A program made the position numbers and the translations under genes. A stretch of 60,379 bases of DNA from Candidatus Omnitrophota bacterium (GTDB taxonomy: Bacteria; Omnitrophota; Gorgyraeia; JAHJTE01). Every line of letters starts with the position of its first letter. The first letter of the stretch is position 1. The notes below the pieces were generated by a model. That model was not told the DNA's origin, made no database searches, and saw nothing but the letters and a program-made list of their open reading frames with translations. This document shows positions 1 to 10,469 of this stretch, piece after piece. The stretch lies in assembly GCA_040753675.1 (NCBI GenBank), contig JBFMEB010000010.1, forward strand, positions 1 to 60,379, read 5' to 3'.

Positions 1-28
1 AAGTGGTAACGGGGTTTTAGGAGGTTAA

Positions 29-51
29 AAGACACAGAATGATTGTGTCTT
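29..51 (+). terminator. hairpin AAGACACA-GAATGAT-TGTGTCTT, a possible terminator of an upstream gene; uses the CACAGA word
   Basis: 8-bp perfect stem read directly. A weak T-run follows after a few nt (agcaattttt). Confidence 0.3.
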
Positions 52-169
52 AGCAATTTTTGCTCTTTGAAAACAGACGAAAAGTCCTGCTAGTAGAAAA
101 TCAGGGGTTCTCCGACGGTATCATGTAAAAGATATAGTTCTAAACTTCGAACAAATAAGAACAATAAAA

Positions 170-859
170 ATGAGAATCAGAGAAAAGAGCAAAAATAGAA
201 TAAATCCTAGGAAAGGGAAATGTCTCCCTGGCAGAGAAATTATAAAACCCAATTTATGGTCGAACGATTTAGTACATATTATAGCTCATTTCATGTTTGA
301 TGGCAGAGTAAGCAACGACTCCTGTATTTATTATAGTAAAGATATATACCAGATTAACCATATGAAACAGCTTTTATGCAAAATGTTTAGAGCTAAGCCA
401 AAAATCCAATTGCGAGACAATAGTGTTTATGGTTTAACTATTTACCATGTTGAACTTGCTGCTTACATCAGGAGAAGGAAAGAAGAGCTATTTGCATATC
501 TTAATAATGGAGCATCTAAGTTAGAAAAGAGAATTTTTTTAAAAGCTTTTTTTGATGATGAAGGTAATGTTTTTTATAGAGGCGATAAACGTAGGGTGCG
601 CGGGTATCAGAAATCACCTATGCTATTGGAACAAGTGCGTAATTTATTAAGTAATTTTGAGATTGGAAGCAAAATAAATAAAGATGGTACTAATATTGAA
701 GTTTCTGGTTATTGCAATTTAATAAAATTTGCTAATGAAATAAATTTTTCTCCCAAGATTTATATTAATCCAAAGAGAAGAAATGGAATCTGGAAAAAAA
801 GAATTTCAAAAAGAAGAATATTAAGCCTTCTCTTGAAGTCGTATCAGAGGAGGGAATAA
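170..859 (+). CDS. LAGLIDADG-family homing endonuclease, two-motif type, free-standing
   Basis: 229-aa ORF with two LAGLIDADG-like helices ending in acidic-Gly (VHIIAHFMFDGRV and IFLKAFFDDEGNV). Each is followed by the usual S/K-x-x-x-L-L-x-x-V/L scaffold segment. The ORF ends 32 nt upstream of the intron-containing tRNA. Confidence 0.7.
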   Translation: MRIREKSKNRINPRKGKCLPGREIIKPNLWSNDLVHIIAHFMFDGRVSNDSCIYYSKDIYQINHMKQLLCKMFRAKPKIQLRDNSVYGLTIYHVELAAYIRRRKEELFAYLNNGASKLEKRIFLKAFFDDEGNVFYRGDKRRVRGYQKSPMLLEQVRNLLSNFEIGSKINKDGTNIEVSGYCNLIKFANEINFSPKIYINPKRRNGIWKKRISKRRILSLLLKSYQRRE

Positions 860-891
860 GTTTATTTTGTTCTTTGGTAAGAATTGATTAT

Positions 892-1231
892 GGGCCACTA
901 GCTCATCTGGTAGAGCACCACCCTCACGAAGGGGGCACTATTGGGCAACCAATAGTAGCAAATCTTGTAAAGTGCGGGGAGGTCTGGGGTATTTCAAGAT
1001 ACTCAATTTGGATAAAAGTAATAATTCTTGAATGCAGATAATCCGCAGCCAAGCTCTTAGTAATAGAATTCTAAGAGAAGGTTCAACGACTATAATCAAG
1101 ACCTCCAATTTTTAAATTTTTGAGTTACAATTTTTTGTTTTGGAGGATGGGATAGTCTGATCTGCATGGCGACATGCAGTTAACACTAATGTTTAAGGTG
1201 GGTGTGCCGCGTTCGAGTCGCGGGTGGCTCA
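892..1231 (+). tRNA. tRNA interrupted in the anticodon loop by a group I intron; the spliced product reads as tRNA-Lys(UUU)
   Basis: 5' half 892-924: acceptor GGGCCAC, D arm GCTC/GAGC, anticodon stem CCACC plus CU. 3' half 1192-1231: UUUAA, GGTGG, variable GTGTG, T arm CCGCG-TTCGAGT-CGCGG, acceptor GTGGCTC, discriminator A. All four stems pair. The joined loop CUUUUAA gives anticodon UUU. No CCA is encoded. Confidence 0.8.
925..1191 (+). ncRNA. group I intron (IC3-like core), no internal ORF
   Basis: P1 CCCU(921-924)/GGGG(931-934) with a U.G pair at the splice site. P2 937-944/949-956 with a GCAA loop. P3 963-967/1097-1101. P4 974-977/1043-1046. P5 982-986/1035-1039. P5a 993-999/1026-1032. 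AGCCAAG junction, then P6 1054-1060/1071-1077, then GAAGGU. P7 1088-1092/1153-1157. P8 1102-1108/1140-1146. P9 1162-1168/1173-1179 with a GCGA loop. Terminal G at 1191. P10 is UUU of the 3' exon with GAA 928-930. Confidence 0.8.
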
Positions 1232-1233
1232 TA

Positions 1234-1258
1234 TAAATATCAAATATCAAATATCAAA
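1234..1258. repeat. tandem heptamer (A)ATATCA x3 immediately 3' of the tRNA
   Basis: aatatcaaatatcaaatatcaaaaa read directly. The same ATATCAAA word recurs in the 16822 and 54174 elements. Confidence 0.7.
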
Positions 1259-1315
1259 AATTTAAAGCCAGCGACGAAGAACGCGCAAAAGGATAAAAAG
1301 TTTATCTACCTTTTT

Positions 1316-1397
1316 GGGCGGATGGCGGAATTGGCAGACGCGTATGGCTTAGGACCATATGGGGAGACCCTTGGAGGTTCAAATCCTCTTCCGCCCA
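1316..1397 (+). tRNA. tRNA-Leu(UAG), long variable arm
   Basis: Acceptor GGGCGGA/TCCGCCC, D arm GCGG/CGCG, anticodon stem TATGG/CCATA with loop CTTAGGA, 13-nt variable arm, T arm GGAGG-TTCAAAT-CCTCT, discriminator A. Confidence 0.9.
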
Positions 1398-1411
1398 TAG
1401 GTTATTGAATA

Positions 1412-1870
1412 ATGAATAAATTTTTTCAAAGCACACTTAGAATATTTCTGTTGCTGTCCATCATTTTTATTTACTCTAAAGCTTTTTGTGCTGACCGGGG
1501 AGAATCTACATTAGGAGAAGCAGAGAGGGATCCACAACAGATGGCTTCTAATCAAGTTATCCAGGTGCATTTTGATGCTAAGGTGATAGAATTAAATCGC
1601 ATGGAAAGGTCGCCTCTCTCTGGAGAAGAAGGTTACATCATGGATGCTGATCCTAAATGGAAACTTGTTCTGGAGGTACTTCCCCATATGCAAAAGATTC
1701 CCTTTCAGCCAGGTATACGCACATGTTATATAGGAGATCCCGAACTTGTCTTTGGTGTTTCGGCTAAACATGTTTCAGGTAAGTATCGTTTTTCATATAC
1801 TTGGAATGTTGATGTTAGCGGCAAACCAGAATTTACTGATTTTAAGGCAACAAAAATCAAAAATTATTGA
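1412..1870 (+). CDS. hypothetical secreted protein
   Basis: 152-aa ORF with a hydrophobic N-terminal signal-like segment (LRIFLLLSIIFIYSKAFCAD). No family recognised. Confidence 0.5.
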   Translation: MNKFFQSTLRIFLLLSIIFIYSKAFCADRGESTLGEAERDPQQMASNQVIQVHFDAKVIELNRMERSPLSGEEGYIMDADPKWKLVLEVLPHMQKIPFQPGIRTCYIGDPELVFGVSAKHVSGKYRFSYTWNVDVSGKPEFTDFKATKIKNY

Positions 1871-1881
1871 GGAATTAGATT

Positions 1882-2385
1882 ATGGATAAAGTTGCTATTA
1901 TGAATGAAGCTCGGGCAAATTATAGATTTGAACGCGAGGCAAAAAATACAGAAGAAGCGAAGTTATCTTTCGAAAAATATAAAAATGATCCACTTTTTGT
2001 TGCTGGCGTGATGCTTTACTGGGCAGAGGGTACACGTTTAGCTAAATATAGAAAATATCAATTGACCATTACAAACTCTGATCCTGAGCTACTGGAAATA
2101 TACTGTAATTTTGTTCGTAGATACTTTACTGATGTGGATTCAGTCTTCAGGGCTGCTTTGTATATCTATAAAGATATTGATGAATCCAAAGCTAAATTTT
2201 TTTGGTCAAGTCGTTTAAAAATTCCCTTAAATCAGTTTATAAAGACTCAAATATTACCAAGCAGGAGTTTATTAACTAAAACCAAGTTGACTTATGGTAC
2301 TTGTTGCGTATACATAAATAGTAAAGATTATTTATTTACAATGCAGGTTTGGATAGAGAGTGTCTCGAATATTATGCGGCGGTAA
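1882..2385 (+). CDS. putative single-motif LAGLIDADG-like endonuclease
   Basis: 167-aa ORF. FVAGVMLYWAEGT followed by LTITNSDPELLEIYCNFVRRYF resembles a LAGLIDADG helix plus scaffold. The last 10 nt, including stop TAA 2383-2385, lie inside tRNA-Gly. Confidence 0.5.
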   Translation: MDKVAIMNEARANYRFEREAKNTEEAKLSFEKYKNDPLFVAGVMLYWAEGTRLAKYRKYQLTITNSDPELLEIYCNFVRRYFTDVDSVFRAALYIYKDIDESKAKFFWSSRLKIPLNQFIKTQILPSRSLLTKTKLTYGTCCVYINSKDYLFTMQVWIESVSNIMRR

Positions 2386-2448
2386 TTCAGCGGCTAGAAT
2401 GCCTGCTTGCCAAGCAGGATGGCGTGGGTTCAAATCCCATCCGCCGCT
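2376..2448 (+). tRNA. tRNA-Gly(GCC)
   Basis: Acceptor GCGGCGG/CCGCCGC, D arm ATTC/GAAT, anticodon stem CCTGC/GCAGG with loop TTGCCAA, T arm GTGGG-TTCAAAT-CCCAT, discriminator T. Confidence 0.9.
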
Positions 2449-2457
2449 CTTTCTAAC

Positions 2458-2515
2458 GCAGATTATCACAGATTAAATGAAACAGATAAACACAGATATC
2501 AGTGATCATCTGTGT
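2458..2515. repeat. CACAGAT-word intergenic element ending in a hairpin
   Basis: gcagatta, cacagatta, acagataa and cacagata run as direct words, followed by the inverted atctgtgt. Stem ACACAGAT 2490-2497 / ATCTGTGT 2508-2515. Confidence 0.7.
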
Positions 2516-2535
2516 AAAAACCGGAGGTTTTTGAA

Positions 2536-3006
2536 ATGAAAGTAATGGAGTTTTTGCCAAAAAAGGCAATCAGCGCTGATTTAAAAGGAACAAATAAACA
2601 GGAGATACTTTCGGAATTATTAGATTTGCTTATTAACTCCGGAGAAATTGAAAAGAAACACAAAAATAAATTTATGGAACTTCTCTTAGCCCGCGAGGCA
2701 TTGGGTTCAACTGCTATTGGCCAGGGTATAGGCATACCACACGGTAAAAGCGATAATATTTCCAAATTGGTGGCTGCCTTTGGCTTATCCAGAAGCGGAG
2801 TTAATTTTGATTCTTTAGACGGAGAGCCGGTTTATCTATTTTTCCTTTTGCTCGCACCGCAGGATTCTGCCGGGCCGCACCTTAAGGCATTAGCAAGGAT
2901 ATCCCGACTTCTAAAAGATAAATATTTCCGTGAGAAATTAAAAGCAGCGCGCGATGAGGCCTCTATATTAAAAATTATTTCTCAGGAAGACGATAGGAAA
3001 ATGTAA
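2536..3006 (+). CDS. ptsN: PTS EIIA-Ntr-type regulatory protein
   Basis: 156 aa with the EIIA(Fru/Ntr) fold signature and active-site His context GQGIGIPHGK. Confidence 0.8.
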   Translation: MKVMEFLPKKAISADLKGTNKQEILSELLDLLINSGEIEKKHKNKFMELLLAREALGSTAIGQGIGIPHGKSDNISKLVAAFGLSRSGVNFDSLDGEPVYLFFLLLAPQDSAGPHLKALARISRLLKDKYFREKLKAARDEASILKIISQEDDRKM

Positions 3007-4247
3007 TGTTAGCGCAGATTAAAAGAATTTTAAAATGGCTTTCTCCTGGAATGCGCATAAAGCGCTGGATACTTATGACCGGTCTTGGCCTATTTTTTGT
3101 CGGTTATGGTTCAGCCAGGCTTATCCGAGATGAATTATTTTTTTTACAAGTAGCTGATTTTATTATTGTCATAGGCGGAATAGGCTTAGTGGTAGCAGGG
3201 ATAAAAAAGATGATGAAGTCTTTTATAACAATACTCTTACCTGCGGGCGATAAGGAGTTAGTGGATATTATTTACCGCAAGCGCCAGTTAGAAAAAGGCC
3301 CATCAATAGTTGTTATTGGTGGTGGGACAGGTTTATCAGTGTTATTACACGGTTTAAAAAGCTTTACCAGTAAAATTACCGCTATTGTCACAGTAGCTGA
3401 TGATGGAGGTTCATCAGGTAGGTTAAGAGAGCAATTCGACGTTTTACCTCCGGGTGATATCCGCAACTGCCTGGTTGCCTTGGCGGATGCAGAGCCATTG
3501 ATGCAGAATTTATTCCAATTCCGTTTTAATGATGAATCAGAATTTAAAGGGCATAATTTTGGAAATATATTTATTACCGCAATGACTAAATTAACCGACG
3601 GAGATTTTGAGAAGGCAATTGAAGAGTCTAGTAAAGTATTAGCAATTCGCGGCAGAGTAGTTCCGGCGACATTAGATAAGGTGGCGTTAGAAGCTAACTT
3701 CGCCGACGGCAGTAAAACAGTAGGCGAAGCTAATATACCCCAAAAAGGAGGCCGGATTAAAACTGTTTCTCTTAGGCCAGCACAAGCCAGGGCGGCTAAC
3801 ACTGCTTTGGAGGCAATCGCTCAGGCAGAATTAATTATCTTAGGCCCAGGAAGCCTTTACACTAGTGTAATCCCAAACTTATTAATAAAGGAAATATCCG
3901 AGTCGATAGTGAATTCCAAGGCTTTTAAAATTTACATTTGCAATGTTATGACCCAGCACGGCGAGACAGACGGTTATAGCGCTTTTGATCATCTGCAGGC
4001 ATTAATCAAGCATACTGACAAGCGGATAGTTGATTGCTGCTTAGTCAATAATGCAAAGATCCCTCAAGAATTTTTGGAAAAATACCGTCAAGAACAATCG
4101 TTTCCCGTTGAGTCTGATAGCCAACGAATACGCGATGCGGGTTTTATAGTGCTTGAGAGTGATTTTGTTAATTTTACGAATTTCGTAAGGCACGATAGTA
4201 AAAAGCTGGCCAAAGCAATAATAAATATAATAGCCAATTATGTTTAG
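3006..4247 (+). CDS. yvcK: YvcK/CofD-like (UPF0052) protein with an N-terminal membrane-anchor extension
   Basis: VVIGGGTGLSVLLHGLK, VADDGGSSGRLR and PGDIRNC are typical of YvcK. About 95 extra N-terminal residues carry two hydrophobic helices. TAATG overlap with the ptsN stop. Confidence 0.75.
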   Translation: MLAQIKRILKWLSPGMRIKRWILMTGLGLFFVGYGSARLIRDELFFLQVADFIIVIGGIGLVVAGIKKMMKSFITILLPAGDKELVDIIYRKRQLEKGPSIVVIGGGTGLSVLLHGLKSFTSKITAIVTVADDGGSSGRLREQFDVLPPGDIRNCLVALADAEPLMQNLFQFRFNDESEFKGHNFGNIFITAMTKLTDGDFEKAIEESSKVLAIRGRVVPATLDKVALEANFADGSKTVGEANIPQKGGRIKTVSLRPAQARAANTALEAIAQAELIILGPGSLYTSVIPNLLIKEISESIVNSKAFKIYICNVMTQHGETDGYSAFDHLQALIKHTDKRIVDCCLVNNAKIPQEFLEKYRQEQSFPVESDSQRIRDAGFIVLESDFVNFTNFVRHDSKKLAKAIINIIANYV

Positions 4248-4271
4248 CAAGTAAAAGCGAATTTAATTAAA

Positions 4272-4535
4272 ATGAAAATCATCAAGAAAGATGTAGTTAT
4301 ACGCAATAAACAGGGTCTGCATGCACGGCCTGCTGCTTTATTTGTGCAGTTGGCTAATAAATTCGATTCTGTTATAACCTTGAAAAAAGAAGAGCAAGAG
4401 GTTAATGGTAAATCTATCATGGGCGTACTTATGCTTGCTGCTGAAAAAGGAGCGCGTATTATGATAATAGCACAAGGTAATGACGCTCAAGAGGCAATAG
4501 AGCAATTAGTTGCCTTGGTGAGTAAAGATGAGTAA
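4272..4535 (+). CDS. ptsH: phosphocarrier protein HPr/NPr
   Basis: 87 aa. GLHARPAA (His15 site) and GKSIMGVLML (Ser46 region). Confidence 0.9.
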   Translation: MKIIKKDVVIRNKQGLHARPAALFVQLANKFDSVITLKKEEQEVNGKSIMGVLMLAAEKGARIMIIAQGNDAQEAIEQLVALVSKDE

Positions 4536-6276
4536 AACTATCCAATTAAAAGGAATACCAGCAGCCCCGGGAATTGCGATTGGCATGGTTTATCTTTTCG
4601 GCAAGCCAGATTTGTTATTAGAAAAGATTCCGATCGACGAATCTAAAATCCCCTTAGAGATTGCCCGTTTTGAAGAAGCATTAATCAAGACGCGCAGAGA
4701 AATTATGGATATCCAGAAGAAGATATCCAAAGATATGGGCTCTGCTGGTAGTGAAATATTTGATGCACATCTTCTAGTTTTGGAAGACAGGATGCTTATT
4801 GATGAAGTAATCTCGCGCCTAAAGAAGGAAAAGCTTTGTGTCGAATATATATTCGGTCAGGCGTTATCCAAATATATAAAGGTATTCTCAAAGATTAAAG
4901 ACGAATATTTGCGCGAAAGGGTGTCTGATATTAACGACGTTGCTCGACGGGTTATTCATAATTTAATGGGCAAAAGGCAGAAGGCCCTTATTGATCTTGA
5001 GGAACCTGTCATTGTTGTAGCACATGATCTTTCTCCTTCTGATACTGCAGTGATGCAAAAACAACACGTTATTGCTATAGTTACCGACATCGGAGGCAGA
5101 ACATCCCATACTGCTATTATGGCAAAAAGCCTTCAAATTCCAGCGGTAGTAGGTTTAGAAAATGCTACGCGGCTCTTAAAAAGTGGAGACAGAATTATAG
5201 TTGACGGTGAGGCAGGAATTATAATAATCAATCCAAGCAAAGAGCAGATTAATAAATATACTCAGGAACAACAAAATATTATTAAGTTAGAAACTTTAGT
5301 AAAAGAATATAAAGATTTACCAGCGGTGACTCTGGATGGTAAGAAGATTGCTTTGGCTGCTAATATAGAATTACCAGAAGAAGTGGACTCGGTTATCGCA
5401 CATGGCGCAGAAGGCATTGGTCTATATAGGACTGAGTTCTTCTATATGAATAGGAAAGACCTGCCCACGGAAAATGAGCATTATGAAAGATATCGTGTGG
5501 TTGCTGAAAAAGTGGCACCTGATTCAGTTGTCGTACGCACTCTTGACTTAGGAGGAGATAAATTCTTGTCCGCGTTAAAACTGCCGAATGACATGGTGCC
5601 GTTTTTAGGTTGGCGAGCCATAAGATTTTGTTTGGCTCAACCTGAAATTTTTAAAGTGCAGTTACGTGCAATCTTACGGGCCTCTGCTCACGGGAATTTA
5701 AAATTAATGTATCCGATGATTTCCGGAATAGAAGAATTAAGACAGGCAAACAAACTTCTTGATGAATGTAAGAGAGAATTAAAAAAAGAAAAAAAGGCTT
5801 TTGATGAGAATATCGAAGTAGGAGCTATGATTGAGGTTCCTTCTGCTGCATTGACCTGCGATATTTTGGCTAGGGAAGTAAATTTTTTTAGTATTGGCAC
5901 AAATGACTTGATTCAATATTCGCTCGCCGTAGACCGCAGCAACGAAAAGGTGGCATATCTTTATGAGCCAGCACATCCGGCGGTCTTGCGGTTAATTAAG
6001 ACTATAATTGATACGGCCCATAGAGCAAATATATGGGTAGGAATGTGCGGTGAGATGGCAGGTGAGCCTACTTTTGCAATAACGCTTTTAGGAATGGGTT
6101 TAGATGAATTTAGCGTTTCCACAATTGCCTTGTCGGCAGTTAAGAGAATAATCCGTTCAGTAAGCTTTAAAGAGGCAAAGGAGATTGCCAATACGGTGTT
6201 GACTTTATCTAACGCAAAAGATGTGCAAGATTTTACTAATTCAAAACTAAGAGAGATTCTGGACAGAAAGACATGA
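4528..6276 (+). CDS. ptsI: PEP-protein phosphotransferase (Enzyme I)
   Basis: 582 aa. GGRTSHTAIMAKSL phospho-His motif and a PEP-utilising C-terminal domain (GTNDLIQY, MCGEMAG). Confidence 0.9.
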   Translation: MSKTIQLKGIPAAPGIAIGMVYLFGKPDLLLEKIPIDESKIPLEIARFEEALIKTRREIMDIQKKISKDMGSAGSEIFDAHLLVLEDRMLIDEVISRLKKEKLCVEYIFGQALSKYIKVFSKIKDEYLRERVSDINDVARRVIHNLMGKRQKALIDLEEPVIVVAHDLSPSDTAVMQKQHVIAIVTDIGGRTSHTAIMAKSLQIPAVVGLENATRLLKSGDRIIVDGEAGIIIINPSKEQINKYTQEQQNIIKLETLVKEYKDLPAVTLDGKKIALAANIELPEEVDSVIAHGAEGIGLYRTEFFYMNRKDLPTENEHYERYRVVAEKVAPDSVVVRTLDLGGDKFLSALKLPNDMVPFLGWRAIRFCLAQPEIFKVQLRAILRASAHGNLKLMYPMISGIEELRQANKLLDECKRELKKEKKAFDENIEVGAMIEVPSAALTCDILAREVNFFSIGTNDLIQYSLAVDRSNEKVAYLYEPAHPAVLRLIKTIIDTAHRANIWVGMCGEMAGEPTFAITLLGMGLDEFSVSTIALSAVKRIIRSVSFKEAKEIANTVLTLSNAKDVQDFTNSKLREILDRKT

Positions 6277-7028
6277 AGGCAATACTACTTGCTGCTGGTT
6301 ATGCAACACGACTTTATCCTCTGACTTTAAATTTCCCTAAGGCGCTACTGCCTATTAATTGTGTTCCAGTAATTAATATTATTATTCGTAAACTCGAACT
6401 TATCCCTGATATAGACGAGATAATTATCGTAACTAATAATAGGTTTTTTGAAGATTTTAAAAATTGGCAGAAAGAATACCGCCTTAAGAAAAGGCTGACT
6501 TTACTTAACGACAATACCACCTCTGATGAGGACAAGTTAGGTGCGGTAGCTGATTTAGCATTCGTAATAAAGAAAAGAAAATTAAATGACGATATAATTG
6601 TAATCGGCGCAGATAATTTATTCGATTCGAAATTAGGTAACTTTATTAAGTCTTGCCGAAGCGCACGCAGGGTATGCGTCGGAGTTTTTGATTTTAAAAA
6701 AAGAAACGAAGTTGATAAATACGGTGTAATTAAATTGGACAAGAATAACAAAATCATTGATTTCAAAGAGAAACCCAGAGAGCCAAAATCTTCTCTGGTA
6801 GCGATGTGTCTTTATTTCTTTCCAAAAGAAAGGTTATTCCTTATTGACAGATATTTAAAATCAAATAAAAAGACGGATGCCATTGGGCATTATATTAGTT
6901 GGCTGATTAAAAAAGGCGAGGCATACGGCTATATATTCTCTGGCGAATGGTTTGATATCGGGGACAAAAAACAATATTTTAAAGCCAATAAAACTTTTCA
7001 AGTTCCTCTTCACCCGGATTTAGTTTAA
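6273..7028 (+). CDS. sugar-phosphate nucleotidyltransferase
   Basis: MKAILLAAGYATRLYPLT N-terminal NTP-transferase motif. 251 aa. Overlaps the ptsI stop. Confidence 0.7.
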   Translation: MKAILLAAGYATRLYPLTLNFPKALLPINCVPVINIIIRKLELIPDIDEIIIVTNNRFFEDFKNWQKEYRLKKRLTLLNDNTTSDEDKLGAVADLAFVIKKRKLNDDIIVIGADNLFDSKLGNFIKSCRSARRVCVGVFDFKKRNEVDKYGVIKLDKNNKIIDFKEKPREPKSSLVAMCLYFFPKERLFLIDRYLKSNKKTDAIGHYISWLIKKGEAYGYIFSGEWFDIGDKKQYFKANKTFQVPLHPDLV

Positions 7029-7045
7029 AAAAGAAAGGATAACGC

Positions 7046-9471
<2,426 letters not shown>

Positions 9472-9481
9472 AACACAATTT

Positions 9482-10456
9482 ATGGCGACAAAATCAATAA
9501 AAAGAATAGGGGTCTTGACCAGCGGAGGGGATGCGCCTGGAATGAACGCCGCAATCCGTTCTATTGTGCGCTATGCTATACATAACAAGTTAGAAGTCAT
9601 CGGAATATCACGTGGCTATGCTGGCCTGATAAATGAAGAGCTCGAGCCACTTACTCATCGCTCAGTTTCTAATATTATTAACCGGGGCGGCACAATTTTA
9701 AAGACTGCTCGCTCTAAGGAATTCAAGACTCCCGAAGGCCAAAAAAGAGCAGTTGAGGTGATAAAGAAAAATAATATTGATGCCTTGATTATTATTGGCG
9801 GAAATGGTACTCACCGCGGAGCGTATGAATTATTTAAAAAATGGAAAGTTCCCGTGGTAGGGGTTGGTTCTACAATTGATAATGATTTGAATGGCATAGA
9901 TTATACTTTAGGCTACGACACAGCAGTAAATACAGCTCTTGAGGCAATAGATAAAATTAGAGACACAGCTACGTCAATGGAGAGAATTTTTGTAGTTGAG
10001 GTAATGGGCAGAGACTCTGGTCTAATAGCTTTGCAGGTTGCGCTTGCTGCTGGCGCAGAAGAAGTTTTAATACCCGAAGTTAAATTTGACTTTGAAAAAA
10101 TCTGCCATGATATTGTAGAAGGAAATCTGCGAGGAAAAATTTCTTGGATTATTATTGTAGCAGAAGGAGCTGCCAGCGGCCAAGAAATTGGAAAAAAAAT
10201 AGAAGAATTAACAGATTTGGAGACAAAGGTTGTAGTCTTAGGTCATGTTCAAAGAGGCGGAACACCTTCTGCCAGAGACAGAATTTTGGCCGCGCGCTTA
10301 GGGACCGCTGCAGTAGATTTAGTTTTGAAAAATGAATTTGGCAAAACAGTCGGCCTTAAAGGAGAAGAATTAAATATCTTAGACATAGAAACTGCTATGA
10401 AGAAAAAAGAATTAGATTTAGAGAACTTATATAAATTGGTAAGGGTTCTAACTTAG
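9482..10456 (+). CDS. pfkA: ATP-dependent 6-phosphofructokinase
   Basis: IGVLTSGGDAPGMNAA, IGGNGT, TIDNDL and MGRDSG motifs. Confidence 0.9.
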   Translation: MATKSIKRIGVLTSGGDAPGMNAAIRSIVRYAIHNKLEVIGISRGYAGLINEELEPLTHRSVSNIINRGGTILKTARSKEFKTPEGQKRAVEVIKKNNIDALIIIGGNGTHRGAYELFKKWKVPVVGVGSTIDNDLNGIDYTLGYDTAVNTALEAIDKIRDTATSMERIFVVEVMGRDSGLIALQVALAAGAEEVLIPEVKFDFEKICHDIVEGNLRGKISWIIIVAEGAASGQEIGKKIEELTDLETKVVVLGHVQRGGTPSARDRILAARLGTAAVDLVLKNEFGKTVGLKGEELNILDIETAMKKKELDLENLYKLVRVLT

Positions 10457-10469
10457 GGGAGAAATTGTC

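Noticed and set aside
1-891. Idea that 1-891 is the 5' part of an ORF-containing group I intron in an upstream gene
   Set aside because: Only 32 nt separate the ORF stop (859) from tRNA-Lys. That is no room for the P7-P9 core or a 3' exon, and I could not trace group I pairings in 1-169. I treat the ORF as free-standing.
1202-1408. 68-aa + strand ORF from the track
   Set aside because: It runs through the 3' exon of tRNA-Lys and the whole of tRNA-Leu, so the RNA genes explain the sequence. There is no SD.
3272-3802. Long minus-strand ORFs in the track (for example 3272-3802, 6314-6766, 20690-21274, 37221-37652, 54849-55388, 59383-59829)
   Set aside because: Each lies fully antisense within a + strand gene that has clear family motifs. 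The translations are low-complexity with no recognisable motifs, and no SD or promoter is evident. They are typical shadow ORFs.
7029-7045. SAM riboswitch upstream of metK, T-box or L-box upstream of lysS, ilv/leu leader-peptide attenuators
   Set aside because: The upstream gaps are too short (17 nt before metK, and a promoter abuts the lysS ATG). The ilv/leu spacers are occupied by repeat words with no leader peptide rich in Ile/Leu/Val.
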